From: Candidatus Krumholzibacteriia bacterium
GTDB lineage: Bacteria; Krumholzibacteriota; Krumholzibacteriia; LZORAL124-64-63
DNA: 23,927 nt
NCBI GenBank assembly: GCA_046484865.1
Contig: JAWOID010000038.1
Span: 1 to 23,927, forward strand
Reading direction: 5' to 3'
In this document: one piece after another, positions 7,166-16,625 of the stretch
Layout of the letters: each line of letters opens with the position of its first letter
Position numbering within the stretch: the stretch's first letter is position 1
Translations under genes and position numbers: made by a program
The notes under the pieces: model-generated
Databases searched by the model: none
What the model was told of the DNA's origin: nothing
The model's input: only the letters and a program-made list of their open reading frames with translations

Positions 7166-9960
7166 CCATGAACCCACCGGAGAGGGCCGCCCGCATCCGA
7201 TGCTCGACGGGTCCGCACCCCACGGCGCCGGCCGCCGCTCATGGTCGCGTCTGCAGCTGCGTCTGCGCCCGCGCTGCGCTGCTCGCGGCGATGGCCCTGG
7301 TGATGGCCGGCTGCTCCGGCGGGCCACGGCCCGCCACCGGACCGGGCGCGGCCGGCAGGGCCGGAGCCGGACCACCGCTGGTGCCGGCGGGGGTGGATAC
7401 GAGCGTCGTCGTCCGCGCTGACAGCGTGTACGGCGAGTTCCTGGGTGCCGACGCGCTGCGCTCCCTGGCGACGGCGGAGGCCGAGCTCGCGCGGACCGAC
7501 CAGGCCGTCGACACCCTGGCCACCATCAGCCGTTGGGTGCGCACCGCGGCCGTCGCGGACGGCGATCCGGCGGCTGCCGCCAGGCCGCACGCCCGCGCAG
7601 CGGTGCTCGCTCCGGCCGACTCCTTCATGGTCGCCGACCTCCTGCTGCGGGCCGATGCGAAGCGAGATCCCGTGGCCGCGGCGGCGGTGGCGGTGCACGG
7701 TTCGCTGCGGCGGCTCACTAGCGAGGCGCGGCGAGCCGGTGATCTCGGCGCGCAGATGGCCGGCGCCGGCGACGATCCCGCCCGTGCCGCGGCAGCCGCC
7801 GAGACCCGCACCGCCGTCCGCGGCCTGAGCGCGGCCGGTCGCCAGCTGCACGATCGTCTCGAAGCGTTGCTGGCGCAGCTGCGCGGCGGCGCGGCGGCAG
7901 CCGACTCGGCTCGCGTTCAGCAGGAGGTGAGCGAGCTGGTGCGCGCCTACGGGCGCGAACTCGACGACGCCATCAACCTGCTCGGGCGCACCGCCCAGGA
8001 GATCGGGCCGACGAGCCTCTCGGGCGAGACGCTGGCGGAACTCGCCGCGGCGCTGGAGGAGCAGCGCAGCGAGCTGTCCGGGTTCCGGTCACGATGGGAT
8101 CTGTTCCGCACCACCGGCAGCCTGGCGCTGGGCGACCCGGAGCGCCCATTCGATCCCGGACCGATGACGGAGCTGCTGGTGCGCATGGGGCATGAACTGG
8201 ACGAGCTGGCCGCGACCGCGCGCGCCCGCGCCGCGGCGCTCGAGGGTGCCGGCGACATCCGCGTCGCCCTCGAGGCCCGGCGCGATGCGGAGGCGTACCT
8301 GGTCGAGACCCAGCGCGCGCTGCTCGATCTGAAGCAAGATACCGCCAGGCTCGTGGCGACCTACCAGCGCGCGGCCTCCTCCTACTGGGAGCAGCGCCTG
8401 ACCCGCGCCGCCGCCGCCCGCCACGAGCGCGAGCAGCTCTACCGCCAGCTGGACGACCTGGTGAACCGGCAGGGCGTGAAGCGCATCCGCAGCGACGACG
8501 AGTTGCTGGCCACGTTCCGGCGACTGTCCGACCGGCTGATCGAGCGCCGCCGCCAGCGGGTGGCGGAGACCGCGACCCACGACCAGCTCCGTGGCGAGGC
8601 CCTCGAGAACCTGGCTGCCGACCTGGACCGGCGGGCGCGCGTGCTTGGCGCGGAATCGGACTACGCCGACGCCGAGCGGGTCTGGGAGGCGGTCGTCCAG
8701 GAGCGTCCCGGGGATCCCGCGCCGGTCTTCCGGCTGGCGTCCCTGGTCTACGAACAGACGCAGGAGCCCTGGGCGGCGAGGTCGCGTGGCGATCTCCGCG
8801 AGCAGGTGCTCACTCTCGCCGCCCGCGCCGAGCGGCTCGTGCTCGAGCGGTTCGCGTACGGCCGGGCGATGGAGGCGGCGGGCGAGGAGCTGGCGGCTGC
8901 CGGGACGGCGGCCGGGGACACGACCTCCGGACGAGAGGTCGCTGGCCCGCAGGCCGCGGCGGGCGAGGCGTGGCGTCCCGATCTGCTCTCGCTCGTGCTC
9001 GCCGACTCGAACTACCACTACGCACCGCGAGCGCTGCACGCCCGCCGCGAGCTGGCGGCGCTGGGGCCGGCCAGTTCCGACCCGGTCGTCCGCGGCTGGC
9101 TCCTGAACCTGGACGCGCTGCGCCGGCGGGTGGCCTTCGACGCCGGTTCGGGCGAGGAGTTCCTGCGCCGCTACGCGCGTGAAGCGTGGCTCGACACGGC
9201 CCTGACCGCGGCCGAGGCGCGGCGGGTCCTGCGGTTCTGGTCGTGGGACGACGGTCATCTGTCCCTGCGCCGGCGCTGGGCGGAGGTGGTCCAGCTTCCG
9301 GATTCCACCGCAGACCTGCTGGCGGTCAAACGGGAGGCCGTGGCCGAGGTCCTGGACGCCGCCCGCACCACCGGTGCACGGCGGCAGGCCGGCTGGACCC
9401 TGGCGGCACTCGACTTCGAGCGCCCCGGCGCTCGCGACGCCGGTCTCGAACGCATGCACCTGCTGCTCGAGGATATCGCCCGAAAGCCCACCCCCGAGCC
9501 GGAGGCGGGCGCGATCGATTCGACGGTGGTCGCCGCCTATCCCGTCTACCTGTTCAACCGCGGCACCTACTGGGAGCAGGAGGGCCGCGGCCGCGAGGCT
9601 TTCTACTGCTACCTGGCCGTGGCCGAGGAGTACGCGCGCGATCCCTGGACCCGGGCCACGGCCCGTTACGCGGCCGCGGCGGTTCTGGCGGACGGCAATC
9701 GTCGCGGGGCGCTGGACCTGGTGCGCACGGCCCTCGCCGATGCGCTCACGGTGGCCGAGCGGGATCCCGACTCGCTCGAACCCACGCTCCTGGTGCGGAT
9801 GCACGAGTTGCGGCGCCGGCTCGCCGGCGAACTGGCCCTCTACGAGGAGGCGATCGCCGCCCGAGCCGAGGCCCAGCGCCTGCGCCGGCTCCTCGAGGGC
9901 GACGGCGCCCCGGAAGCGGCGGAGGCCCCTGAATCGATGCGCCGAGGAGGTCGGTCGTGA
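7162..9960 (+). CDS. Large alpha-helical (coiled-coil and TPR-like) lipoprotein
   Basis: AAGGAG RBS and GTGA overlap; lipobox ALLAAMALVMAG-C; A/E/R/L-rich helical body; TPR-like YLFNRGTYWEQEGRGREAFYCYLAVAEEY and ARYAAAAVLADGNRRGALDLVRTAL. Confidence 0.7.
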   Translation: MTMNPPERAARIRCSTGPHPTAPAAAHGRVCSCVCARAALLAAMALVMAGCSGGPRPATGPGAAGRAGAGPPLVPAGVDTSVVVRADSVYGEFLGADALRSLATAEAELARTDQAVDTLATISRWVRTAAVADGDPAAAARPHARAAVLAPADSFMVADLLLRADAKRDPVAAAAVAVHGSLRRLTSEARRAGDLGAQMAGAGDDPARAAAAAETRTAVRGLSAAGRQLHDRLEALLAQLRGGAAAADSARVQQEVSELVRAYGRELDDAINLLGRTAQEIGPTSLSGETLAELAAALEEQRSELSGFRSRWDLFRTTGSLALGDPERPFDPGPMTELLVRMGHELDELAATARARAAALEGAGDIRVALEARRDAEAYLVETQRALLDLKQDTARLVATYQRAASSYWEQRLTRAAAARHEREQLYRQLDDLVNRQGVKRIRSDDELLATFRRLSDRLIERRRQRVAETATHDQLRGEALENLAADLDRRARVLGAESDYADAERVWEAVVQERPGDPAPVFRLASLVYEQTQEPWAARSRGDLREQVLTLAARAERLVLERFAYGRAMEAAGEELAAAGTAAGDTTSGREVAGPQAAAGEAWRPDLLSLVLADSNYHYAPRALHARRELAALGPASSDPVVRGWLLNLDALRRRVAFDAGSGEEFLRRYAREAWLDTALTAAEARRVLRFWSWDDGHLSLRRRWAEVVQLPDSTADLLAVKREAVAEVLDAARTTGARRQAGWTLAALDFERPGARDAGLERMHLLLEDIARKPTPEPEAGAIDSTVVAAYPVYLFNRGTYWEQEGRGREAFYCYLAVAEEYARDPWTRATARYAAAAVLADGNRRGALDLVRTALADALTVAERDPDSLEPTLLVRMHELRRRLAGELALYEEAIAARAEAQRLRRLLEGDGAPEAAEAPESMRRGGRS

Positions 9961-10913
9961 GTTTCGCATGCACCCGGGTGCGCGTGTGGCCGGTGGTGGG
10001 GGCCCTGCTCGGTCTGCTGTCGACGGGGGGGGCGATGGGCGGAGCGGTCGTCGGACCGGCCCGCGCGGTCACGATCGCGGCCGCACCCGCCGCACCCGGG
10101 CCCCAGGCCGTCGGCGAACCTCGAGCCGCCGACACGTCCGGCGTTCGTCTGCCCATCCCGCGCCCAGGCATTCCGTCCGGCTTCGACGGCCCCACCTTCG
10201 TCGAGCGGCCGAAGCTCGAGGGCGTGATCGAGGCGGACTCGGTGATGCTGACGCGGCCGATCGTGCCGCGGATGGTGGTGCACGACCGCGATGCCATCGC
10301 CTACCTCTTCGGGTGCTGCGCCTTCGCGGAGGCAGCGGCGGAATCCATCCGGTTCGTCGAGATCTATGATTTCGGCCGCTCGGGATTCAGCAGCGGCGAC
10401 CTGATGGTGTGCCAGCCGTCGGGCCGCAGCTACCTGCTGGAGGGGCTCGAGCCGCAGTTCCTCGCCGCGGCGGCGACCTGGGCTCGCGCCGACCAGCTCG
10501 AGGTCACTCGCTACGTGCGCGGCCTCGGCCGCATGGATGAGCTGGCGCTCGAGGTTTCGACCCCCGACAGTGTCCGGGAGGCGACGCCGCCGGACCTCGC
10601 GCCCGAAGAGGAGACACGGCAGGCCCTGCGCGCCATCTGGGCCGGCGTCCACGAGGCGGTGGCGGCCCAGTACGGCGAAGCGCCGCTCCAGCTGTATTTC
10701 GCGCGCGACGACTCGTCGGCCGGCATCGAGGTCTGGGGCTATCGCCCCGACTCCTTGCGCTTCCGGTATCTCGACGCCGGCGACGTCCGACACGACCTGC
10801 TCGCGGTGTCCCTGGCCGATTCCATGATCCGCGCCGGGGCGTCGTACGTGGATGTCCTGGTGATCTCGTCCAGCCGATCCGACACCCTCCTGGTGCCCCT
10901 GCCCACCCCCTGA
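9957..10913 (+). CDS. Exported hypothetical protein, last gene of the operon
   Basis: GAGGAGG RBS, GTGA overlap with the previous gene, N-terminal hydrophobic signal-like segment; no family recognised. Confidence 0.7.
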   Translation: MSFACTRVRVWPVVGALLGLLSTGGAMGGAVVGPARAVTIAAAPAAPGPQAVGEPRAADTSGVRLPIPRPGIPSGFDGPTFVERPKLEGVIEADSVMLTRPIVPRMVVHDRDAIAYLFGCCAFAEAAAESIRFVEIYDFGRSGFSSGDLMVCQPSGRSYLLEGLEPQFLAAAATWARADQLEVTRYVRGLGRMDELALEVSTPDSVREATPPDLAPEEETRQALRAIWAGVHEAVAAQYGEAPLQLYFARDDSSAGIEVWGYRPDSLRFRYLDAGDVRHDLLAVSLADSMIRAGASYVDVLVISSSRSDTLLVPLPTP

Positions 10914-11207
10914 ACCGCCCGTCCTGCCGGTGAGAACGGTCCGGCGCGGCCTTTTGCGGGACCGAAAACCCCGCTGGGGCCGGCCCTGATTTCCTGCCAT
11001 CACGACAGTTACGGGATTCCGGGCATGGCGGTGAGAGCCGCACGATCCTAGTCGTGAGGTAAGGGTCCGGCATCGGAACCGGCGCAGGCCGCGGTCCGGT
11101 CCGGGCTCGATGCAGGGGGATCACGACCAGCACGGGCGACCCGCGCGTGCACACGGGCATCGACGACCACGGCTCCCGCCGTCGTCGTCGCAGCCGAGGG
11201 AGGGACC

Positions 11208-11378
11208 ATGCTGACCTGGGCCGTCGTGTTCTTCATCGTCGCCATCATCGCGGCAGTGTTCGGCTTCGGCGGAATCGCTGCAGGGGCGGCTTCCATCGCG
11301 AAGATCCTGTTCTTCATCTTCCTCGTGATCTTCGTCATCTCTTTGATCGTCGGACTGACCCGGCGACCGCGACAGTGA
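11208..11378 (+). CDS. DUF1328 (UPF0391/YtjA-like) small membrane protein, 56 aa
   Basis: Not in the ORF track. [64 protein letters not shown]. Confidence 0.93.
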   Translation: MLTWAVVFFIVAIIAAVFGFGGIAAGAASIAKILFFIFLVIFVISLIVGLTRRPRQ

Positions 11379-11477
11379 CGAGGTGACGCACGCGCGAGCG
11401 AGACACAGGAACCGCGCCGCGCGCGGATCGGCCGCGCCGGCGCCGGTTCCCCCGAACTGATCGAAAGGAGACCCCCG

Positions 11478-12017
11478 ATGCGGGTGATCATCGTGGCGGG
11501 CCTGGTGGCGCTCCTGGCGGCTCCGCTGGCCTCTGCACAGGACAGGACTCGCGACCTGGATCGCGACATGGATATGGAGCAAGACGTCGGTTACCGCGGC
11601 TGGGGTCCCCGCGCCGGCCTTTCCATCGACCCGGACCAGTTCGTCTTCGGCGCCCACATCGATTTCGGACACATCGCCCGAAGGGTGCGGCTGCAGCCGA
11701 ACGCGGAGATCGGCATCGGCGATGATGCCACCATCGTCGCCATCAACCTGGACGCCGCCTACCGGTTCAGCACGCGGTGGGAATCCTGGCGACCGTATCT
11801 CGGCCTCGGACCGAGCTTCCAGATCGTCTCGGTGGACATCGCCGACGACATTCCCGGGGTGGAGGTCGAGGACGACACCGAGACCGAATTCGGCATGATG
11901 ATGCTGGGTGGCATCGAGAGGGGCGTGAGGGGCGGGAACCGGTTCTTCACCGAGCTGAAGCTCACCCTGTTCGACACTCCCGACGTCAAGATCATCGCCG
12001 GGTACACGTTCTTCTAG
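11478..12017 (+). CDS. Small outer-membrane beta-barrel protein (8-stranded OmpA/OmpW-like)
   Basis: AAGGAG RBS; signal peptide ending ASA-Q; alternating beta-strands, RPYLGLG motif and C-terminal GYTFF beta-signal. Confidence 0.8.
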   Translation: MRVIIVAGLVALLAAPLASAQDRTRDLDRDMDMEQDVGYRGWGPRAGLSIDPDQFVFGAHIDFGHIARRVRLQPNAEIGIGDDATIVAINLDAAYRFSTRWESWRPYLGLGPSFQIVSVDIADDIPGVEVEDDTETEFGMMMLGGIERGVRGGNRFFTELKLTLFDTPDVKIIAGYTFF

Positions 12018-12039
12018 CCCGCGCGGAGGTCGTCATCCT

Positions 12040-12071
12040 CGCCGCCCGGGGCCGCCGAACCCCGGGCGGCG
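12040..12071 (+). terminator. GC-rich hairpin after the OMP gene
   Basis: CGCCGCCCGGGG, 8-nt loop, CCCCGGGCGGCG (12-bp perfect stem); no U-tract. Confidence 0.55.
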
Positions 12072-12249
12072 GCGGGTTGCCCGGGGGCTCTCGCTGCCGC
12101 CACTCCTGCCCACGTTAACCGGCTAACAGAATGGCCCGCCCGAACGCCCCCCAAACAGGTAGGATATAGCCTCTCCGACCGGCCCTCGCCACCCGCTATC
12201 CTCACGCGCAGGCTGGAATTAAGCCGCGCCCCGAGGTATCTCACACCTG

Positions 12250-12267
12250 TTGTGAAACTTCTAACAC
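12250..12267. promoter_or_regulatory. Candidate Rex operator upstream of the dsr promoter
   Basis: TTGTGAA-ACTT-CTAACAC versus the Rex consensus TTGTGAA-N4-TTCACAA: left half perfect, right half 4 of 7; ends 5 bp before the -35. Confidence 0.5.
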
Positions 12268-12272
12268 GTATC

Positions 12273-12301
12273 TTGACTCGCCCCATGGCGCCTCTTATGT
12301 T
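12273..12301 (+). promoter_or_regulatory. sigma70-type promoter of the dsr operon
   Basis: TTGACT (12273-12278), 17-bp spacer, TATGTT (12296-12301), in an AT-enriched intergenic region. Confidence 0.65.
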
Positions 12302-12431
12302 TGGCCTCCCATGAAAAGGTGTTCGGCTGCTGGGCTGTCACCTGGCTAGAGGACGTCGGCGGCGCGTGCGCTCCGCTCGAAATAGCCGGGCCGCCCGGGG
12401 TAAAGACCAGGTCGCAGAAAAAGGAGCACAG

Positions 12432-13631
12432 ATGGCTAGCGAAACCCCCTTGCTCGACGAACTGGAAAAAGGCCCATGGCCGAGCTTCGTCACCGAGATC
12501 AAGAAGGCAGCCGCCACCAGCCCGATGGCCAAGGACGTGCTGCTGCAGCTGGAGAAGTCGTACCGTGACCGCGTCGGCTACTGGAAGCACGGCGGCATCG
12601 TCGGCGTCATGGGCTACGGCGGCGGCGTGATCGGCCGCTACAGCGCCCTGCCCGAGGAGTTCCCCAACGTCTCGCACTTCCACACCATCCGCGTGAACCA
12701 GCCCGCGGGCTGGTACTACTCGGCCGATGCGCTGCGGAAGATCTGCGACATCTGGGAGGAGCACGGCTCCGGGCTGACGAACATGCACGGCTCCACCGGC
12801 GACATGGTGCTCCTGGGCACCCGCACCGAGCAGCTCGAGCCGGTGTTCGAGAAGCTGACCGCCGCCGGCTTCGACCTGGGCGGGTCCGGCTCCGACGTCC
12901 GGACTCCGAGCTGCTGCATGGGCAAGTCGAAGTGCGAGTTCGCCTGCTACGACACCATGGCGGCGTGCTACGACTTCACCATGGCCTACCAGGACGAGCT
13001 GCATCGCCCCGCGTTCCCGTACAAGTGGAAGTTCAAGTTCTCGGGCTGCCCGAACGACTGCGTCGCCTCGATCGCCCGCAGCGACTGCTCGGTCATCGGC
13101 ATGTGGCGGGACAACATCCGCATCGATCAGGAGCAGGTCCAGGCCTACGCCGCCGGCGGCATGGAGATCGAGAACGAGATCACCGGCATGTGCCCCGCCC
13201 GGTGCATGGACTGGGACGGCACGCAGCTGACCATCGACGACAGCAGCTGCCTGCACTGCATGCACTGCATCAACATGATGCCGAAGGCGCTGCGTCCGGG
13301 CACCGACACCGGCGCCGCGGTGCTCCTGGGCGGCAAGGCCCCCATCATCGAGGGCGCGCTGCTGAGCAGCGTGATCATCCCCTTCACGAAGATGGAAGCG
13401 CCCTATCGGGAGATCAAGGACATGGTCGAGGCCATCTGGGACATCTGGTGCGAGGAGGGCAAGGCCCGCGAGCGCATCGGCGAGTTCATCCAGCGGGTGG
13501 GTCTCGGCAACTTCCTCGAGGCCATCGACGTGGAGCCCATTCCGGAGATGGTCAAGGTCCCGCGCGAGAACCCGTACATCTTCTACGAGGAGTTCTTCAG
13601 CGAGGACGACGAGGAAGAGGACGAAGAGTGA
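12432..13631 (+). CDS. dsrA: Dissimilatory sulfite reductase alpha subunit (399 aa)
   Basis: AAGGAG RBS then ATG at 12432. [37 protein letters not shown], siroheme/[4Fe-4S] CX5C (CMGKSKC) and CX3C (CPNDC), [12 protein letters not shown] and ferredoxin CLHCMHC. Confidence 0.99.
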   Translation: MASETPLLDELEKGPWPSFVTEIKKAAATSPMAKDVLLQLEKSYRDRVGYWKHGGIVGVMGYGGGVIGRYSALPEEFPNVSHFHTIRVNQPAGWYYSADALRKICDIWEEHGSGLTNMHGSTGDMVLLGTRTEQLEPVFEKLTAAGFDLGGSGSDVRTPSCCMGKSKCEFACYDTMAACYDFTMAYQDELHRPAFPYKWKFKFSGCPNDCVASIARSDCSVIGMWRDNIRIDQEQVQAYAAGGMEIENEITGMCPARCMDWDGTQLTIDDSSCLHCMHCINMMPKALRPGTDTGAAVLLGGKAPIIEGALLSSVIIPFTKMEAPYREIKDMVEAIWDIWCEEGKARERIGEFIQRVGLGNFLEAIDVEPIPEMVKVPRENPYIFYEEFFSEDDEEEDEE

Positions 13632-13709
13632 GGACCGGTGACCGGTCGCTCGTGACATCGTGGACGTCGACGGCCAAGAGGCCCGAAACCAACAGGAAGT
13701 GAGGGAACA

Positions 13710-14789
13710 ATGGCTGAAGCTGTTAAGCGGGTCACCGACATTGGTCCTCCGCATTACGAACAGTTCCTTCCGCCGGTGATCAAGGCGAACTACGGCAAGT
13801 GGAAGTACCACGAGCTGCTGAAGCCCGGCGTGAGCGTGCACGTCTCCGAGACCGGGGACAAGGTGTTCACGGTGCGCATGGGCTCGCCTCGCCTGCTGTC
13901 GGTGCAGACCATTCGCTGGATCTGCGACATGGCGGACAAGTACAACAACGGCTACGTGCGGTTCACCAGCCGGCACAACGTGGAGTTCTTGCTGGACGAC
14001 GAGTCCAAGGTGGACCCCCTGGTGGCCGAGCTCGAGGGCGCCGGCTGGCCGGTGGGCGGCATGGGTCCCGCCATCTCCAACATGGTGCACACCCAGGGCT
14101 GGGTGCACTGCCACAGCTCCGCCACCGACGCCAGCGGCGTGGTCAAGAGCGTGATGGACGAGATGACGCCCTACTTCCGGACCAAGGATCTGCCGGGCAA
14201 GCTCCGCATCGCCCTGGCCTGCTGCCTGAACATGTGCGGCGCCGTGCACTGCTCGGACATCGCCGTGCTGGGCATCCACCGGCGCCCGCCGGTGGTGAAC
14301 CACAACACGCTGTCCAAGATGTGCGAGATCCCGACGACCGTGGCCTCGTGTCCGACGGCGGCCATCCGGCCGGCGACCGTCGAGGGCAACCCGAGCGTCG
14401 AGGTGCTCGAGGACAACTGCATGTACTGCGCGAACTGCTTCACCGTGTGCCCGAGCATGCAGATCGCCGATCCGCTGAACGACGGCATCTCGATCTGGGT
14501 GGGCGGCAAGGTGTCCAACGCGCGGACCGAGCCCAAGTTCTCGCGTCTGGCGGTGCCGTTCCTGCCGAACACGCCGCCGCGCTGGCCGGAGACGGTGGAC
14601 GCGGTGAAGACGATCGTCGAGGCGTGGCGCGGCGATGCCCGCAAGCACGAGCGCGTGGGCGAGTGGATCGACCGCATCGGCTGGCCGAAGTTCTTCCGGA
14701 TGACGGGATTCGAGTTCACGAAGTACCACATCGACGACTTCAAGCATGCCGGCTTGACGTATCGCCGGTCGGTCCACATGACCTACTAG
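13710..14789 (+). CDS. dsrB: Dissimilatory sulfite reductase beta subunit
   Basis: [56 protein letters not shown] and [12 protein letters not shown]. Confidence 0.99.
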   Translation: MAEAVKRVTDIGPPHYEQFLPPVIKANYGKWKYHELLKPGVSVHVSETGDKVFTVRMGSPRLLSVQTIRWICDMADKYNNGYVRFTSRHNVEFLLDDESKVDPLVAELEGAGWPVGGMGPAISNMVHTQGWVHCHSSATDASGVVKSVMDEMTPYFRTKDLPGKLRIALACCLNMCGAVHCSDIAVLGIHRRPPVVNHNTLSKMCEIPTTVASCPTAAIRPATVEGNPSVEVLEDNCMYCANCFTVCPSMQIADPLNDGISIWVGGKVSNARTEPKFSRLAVPFLPNTPPRWPETVDAVKTIVEAWRGDARKHERVGEWIDRIGWPKFFRMTGFEFTKYHIDDFKHAGLTYRRSVHMTY

Positions 14790-14802
14790 GGGAGCGGGTG
14801 TC

Positions 14803-15042
14803 ATGCCATCAGTCGACGAAGTCATGGACCTGATGTTCAAGATGGTCGAGCGGGACGCGGGCCAGAAGAAGTACAAGCCCACGGACCTGACGAAGGCGGC
14901 CAAGGAGAAGTGGCCCGATCTCGACCGCAAGACGCCGAAGGAAGCGATCAAGAACCTCGTCGATTCGGGGAAGCTGGTCTACACCTACTTCGGCGGCACG
15001 TACCTCGAGGTTCCGCATCGCGAGGGCGCGGCCAACGACTGA
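14803..15042 (+). CDS. dsrD: DsrD, winged-helix DsrAB activator
   Basis: 79 aa, Lys-rich, directly after dsrB; C-terminal LVDSGKLVYTYFGGTY. Confidence 0.88.
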   Translation: MPSVDEVMDLMFKMVERDAGQKKYKPTDLTKAAKEKWPDLDRKTPKEAIKNLVDSGKLVYTYFGGTYLEVPHREGAAND

Positions 15043-15069
15043 CCGCGGTCTCGAGCGAGGCTCCTGCGG

Positions 15070-15102
15070 GACGGGCCGCCGGCCGGCGTGCCGGCGGCCG
15101 TC
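15070..15102 (+). terminator. GC-rich hairpin between dsrD and dsrN
   Basis: GACGG(G)CCGCCGGC, 6-nt loop, GCCGGCGGCCGTC; no U-tract. Confidence 0.45.
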
Positions 15103-15175
15103 TCCGCGGTGAGCGGGGTGCGGCACGTCCTTCTTCCTGGATGCCGTCGGGCCGCCAGGGAGGGAGCTCTGCGCG

Positions 15176-16588
15176 ATGCGACCGTACCCCCGCCTGCTGG
15201 TCGCCGGCACCGGCGGTGACGCAGGCAAGACGCTGGTATCGCTGGCGCTGATCGTCGCCTTCCGGGACGACGGCCTCGCGGTGGCGGCGTTCAAGAAGGG
15301 GCCCGATTTCATCGATGCCGCCTGGCTGGGCTGGGCGGCGGGACGTCCGGGCCGCAACCTGGACACGTACATGGTCGGCGCCGACGCGGTGGAGCTGGGC
15401 TTCCGCCGCCGGGGAGAGCCGGCCGGGTTGAACCTGATCGAGGGCAACCGCGGACTGCTGGACGGCCTGGATGCCGAGGGCACCCACAGCAGCGCCGCGC
15501 TGGCCCGGCTGACCCGGACCCCGGTGGTCCTGGTGACGAGCCCGGTGAAGGTCACCGCCACCGCGGCCGCCACGGTCCTGGGTCTGCAGAAGCTGGCTCC
15601 CGGGGTGGAGATCGCCGGAGTGATCCTCAACCGGGTCTCCGGCGAACGGCACCGGCAGGTGGTGACCCGGGCCATCGAGGAGCACACCGGCGTGCCGGTG
15701 CTGGGCGCCATCCCCCGGGTGGAGGGCCCGCTGCTCACGAGCCGGCACCTCGGCCTGGTGCCTCCGGCCGAGCACGGACCGGCCGAGGAGCTGCGGCGCA
15801 CCCTGGCGGATCTGGCCCGCGCGCACGTGGATCTGGGCCGTTTGCGGGAGGTCGCGCAGGGCGCGGTCCCGCTGGAGCCGGCGGGAGAGGACGGGACGCC
15901 CGGGAGCGCTGGAGCCGGTTTCCCGCGCCCGCGCATCGGTTACTTCAGCGACAGCGCCTTCACGTTCTACTACCCGGAGAACCTGGAGGCCCTGGAGCGG
16001 GAAGGCGCCGAGCTGACAGCCGTCTCGGCGCTCGGCGACACGCGGCTCCCGGAGCTCGACGCGCTGTACATCGGCGGCGGCTTCCCGGAGACGCACACGG
16101 CCCAGCTCGCCGGCAACCGCGTCCTGCACGCGGACCTGCGGCGGCGGGTGAAGGCCGGACTGCCCGTCTACGCCGAGTGCGGCGGGCTGATGTACCTGGC
16201 CGAGCGGCTGGAAACGGCCGACGGCGAGGTGGAGCTGGCCGGCGTGCTGCCGGTGCGCGTGAAGCTCCACCGCAGGCCCCAGGGCCACGGTTACTCGCGG
16301 GTGATCGTGGACGCCCCGAACCCCATCTTCCCCGTGGGGACGGAGCTGCAGGGCCACGAGTTCCACTACTCCGCCCTGAGCGGCGGCCGCGAACGGGTGG
16401 CCACGGCGTACCGGGTGGAGAAGGGGAGCGGGGTGGGCGAGGGCCGCGACGGGATCGTCCACGGGCAGGTGCTCGCATCGTATCTGCACCTGCACGCCCA
16501 CGGCACCCCGGCCTGGGCGAGGGGCCTGACGGCCGCCGCCCGAACGCACGCAGCGTCACGCAACCTGACGGCAGGAGACTCCTCCTGA
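15176..16588 (+). CDS. dsrN: Siroheme amidase DsrN (cobyrinate a,c-diamide synthase CbiA/CobB family)
   Basis: GDAGKT, FKKGPDFID, IEGNRGLLDG, FTFYYPENLE, GGGFPE, YAECGGLMYL, GHEFHYS and YLHLH; embedded in the dsr operon. Confidence 0.92.
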   Translation: MRPYPRLLVAGTGGDAGKTLVSLALIVAFRDDGLAVAAFKKGPDFIDAAWLGWAAGRPGRNLDTYMVGADAVELGFRRRGEPAGLNLIEGNRGLLDGLDAEGTHSSAALARLTRTPVVLVTSPVKVTATAAATVLGLQKLAPGVEIAGVILNRVSGERHRQVVTRAIEEHTGVPVLGAIPRVEGPLLTSRHLGLVPPAEHGPAEELRRTLADLARAHVDLGRLREVAQGAVPLEPAGEDGTPGSAGAGFPRPRIGYFSDSAFTFYYPENLEALEREGAELTAVSALGDTRLPELDALYIGGGFPETHTAQLAGNRVLHADLRRRVKAGLPVYAECGGLMYLAERLETADGEVELAGVLPVRVKLHRRPQGHGYSRVIVDAPNPIFPVGTELQGHEFHYSALSGGRERVATAYRVEKGSGVGEGRDGIVHGQVLASYLHLHAHGTPAWARGLTAAARTHAASRNLTAGDSS

Positions 16589-16625
16589 GGGCCGCACCGC
16601 CGTCGCAACGGAGAGACGAGGCGTC

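Noticed and set aside
13629..13655. TGA readthrough or selenocysteine extension of DsrA
   Set aside because: Another in-frame TGA follows after 7 codons and the peptide does not resemble a DsrA tail.
15176..16588. Cobalamin biosynthesis CbiA/CobB
   Set aside because: No other cob/cbi genes are present; the position within the dsr operon indicates DsrN.
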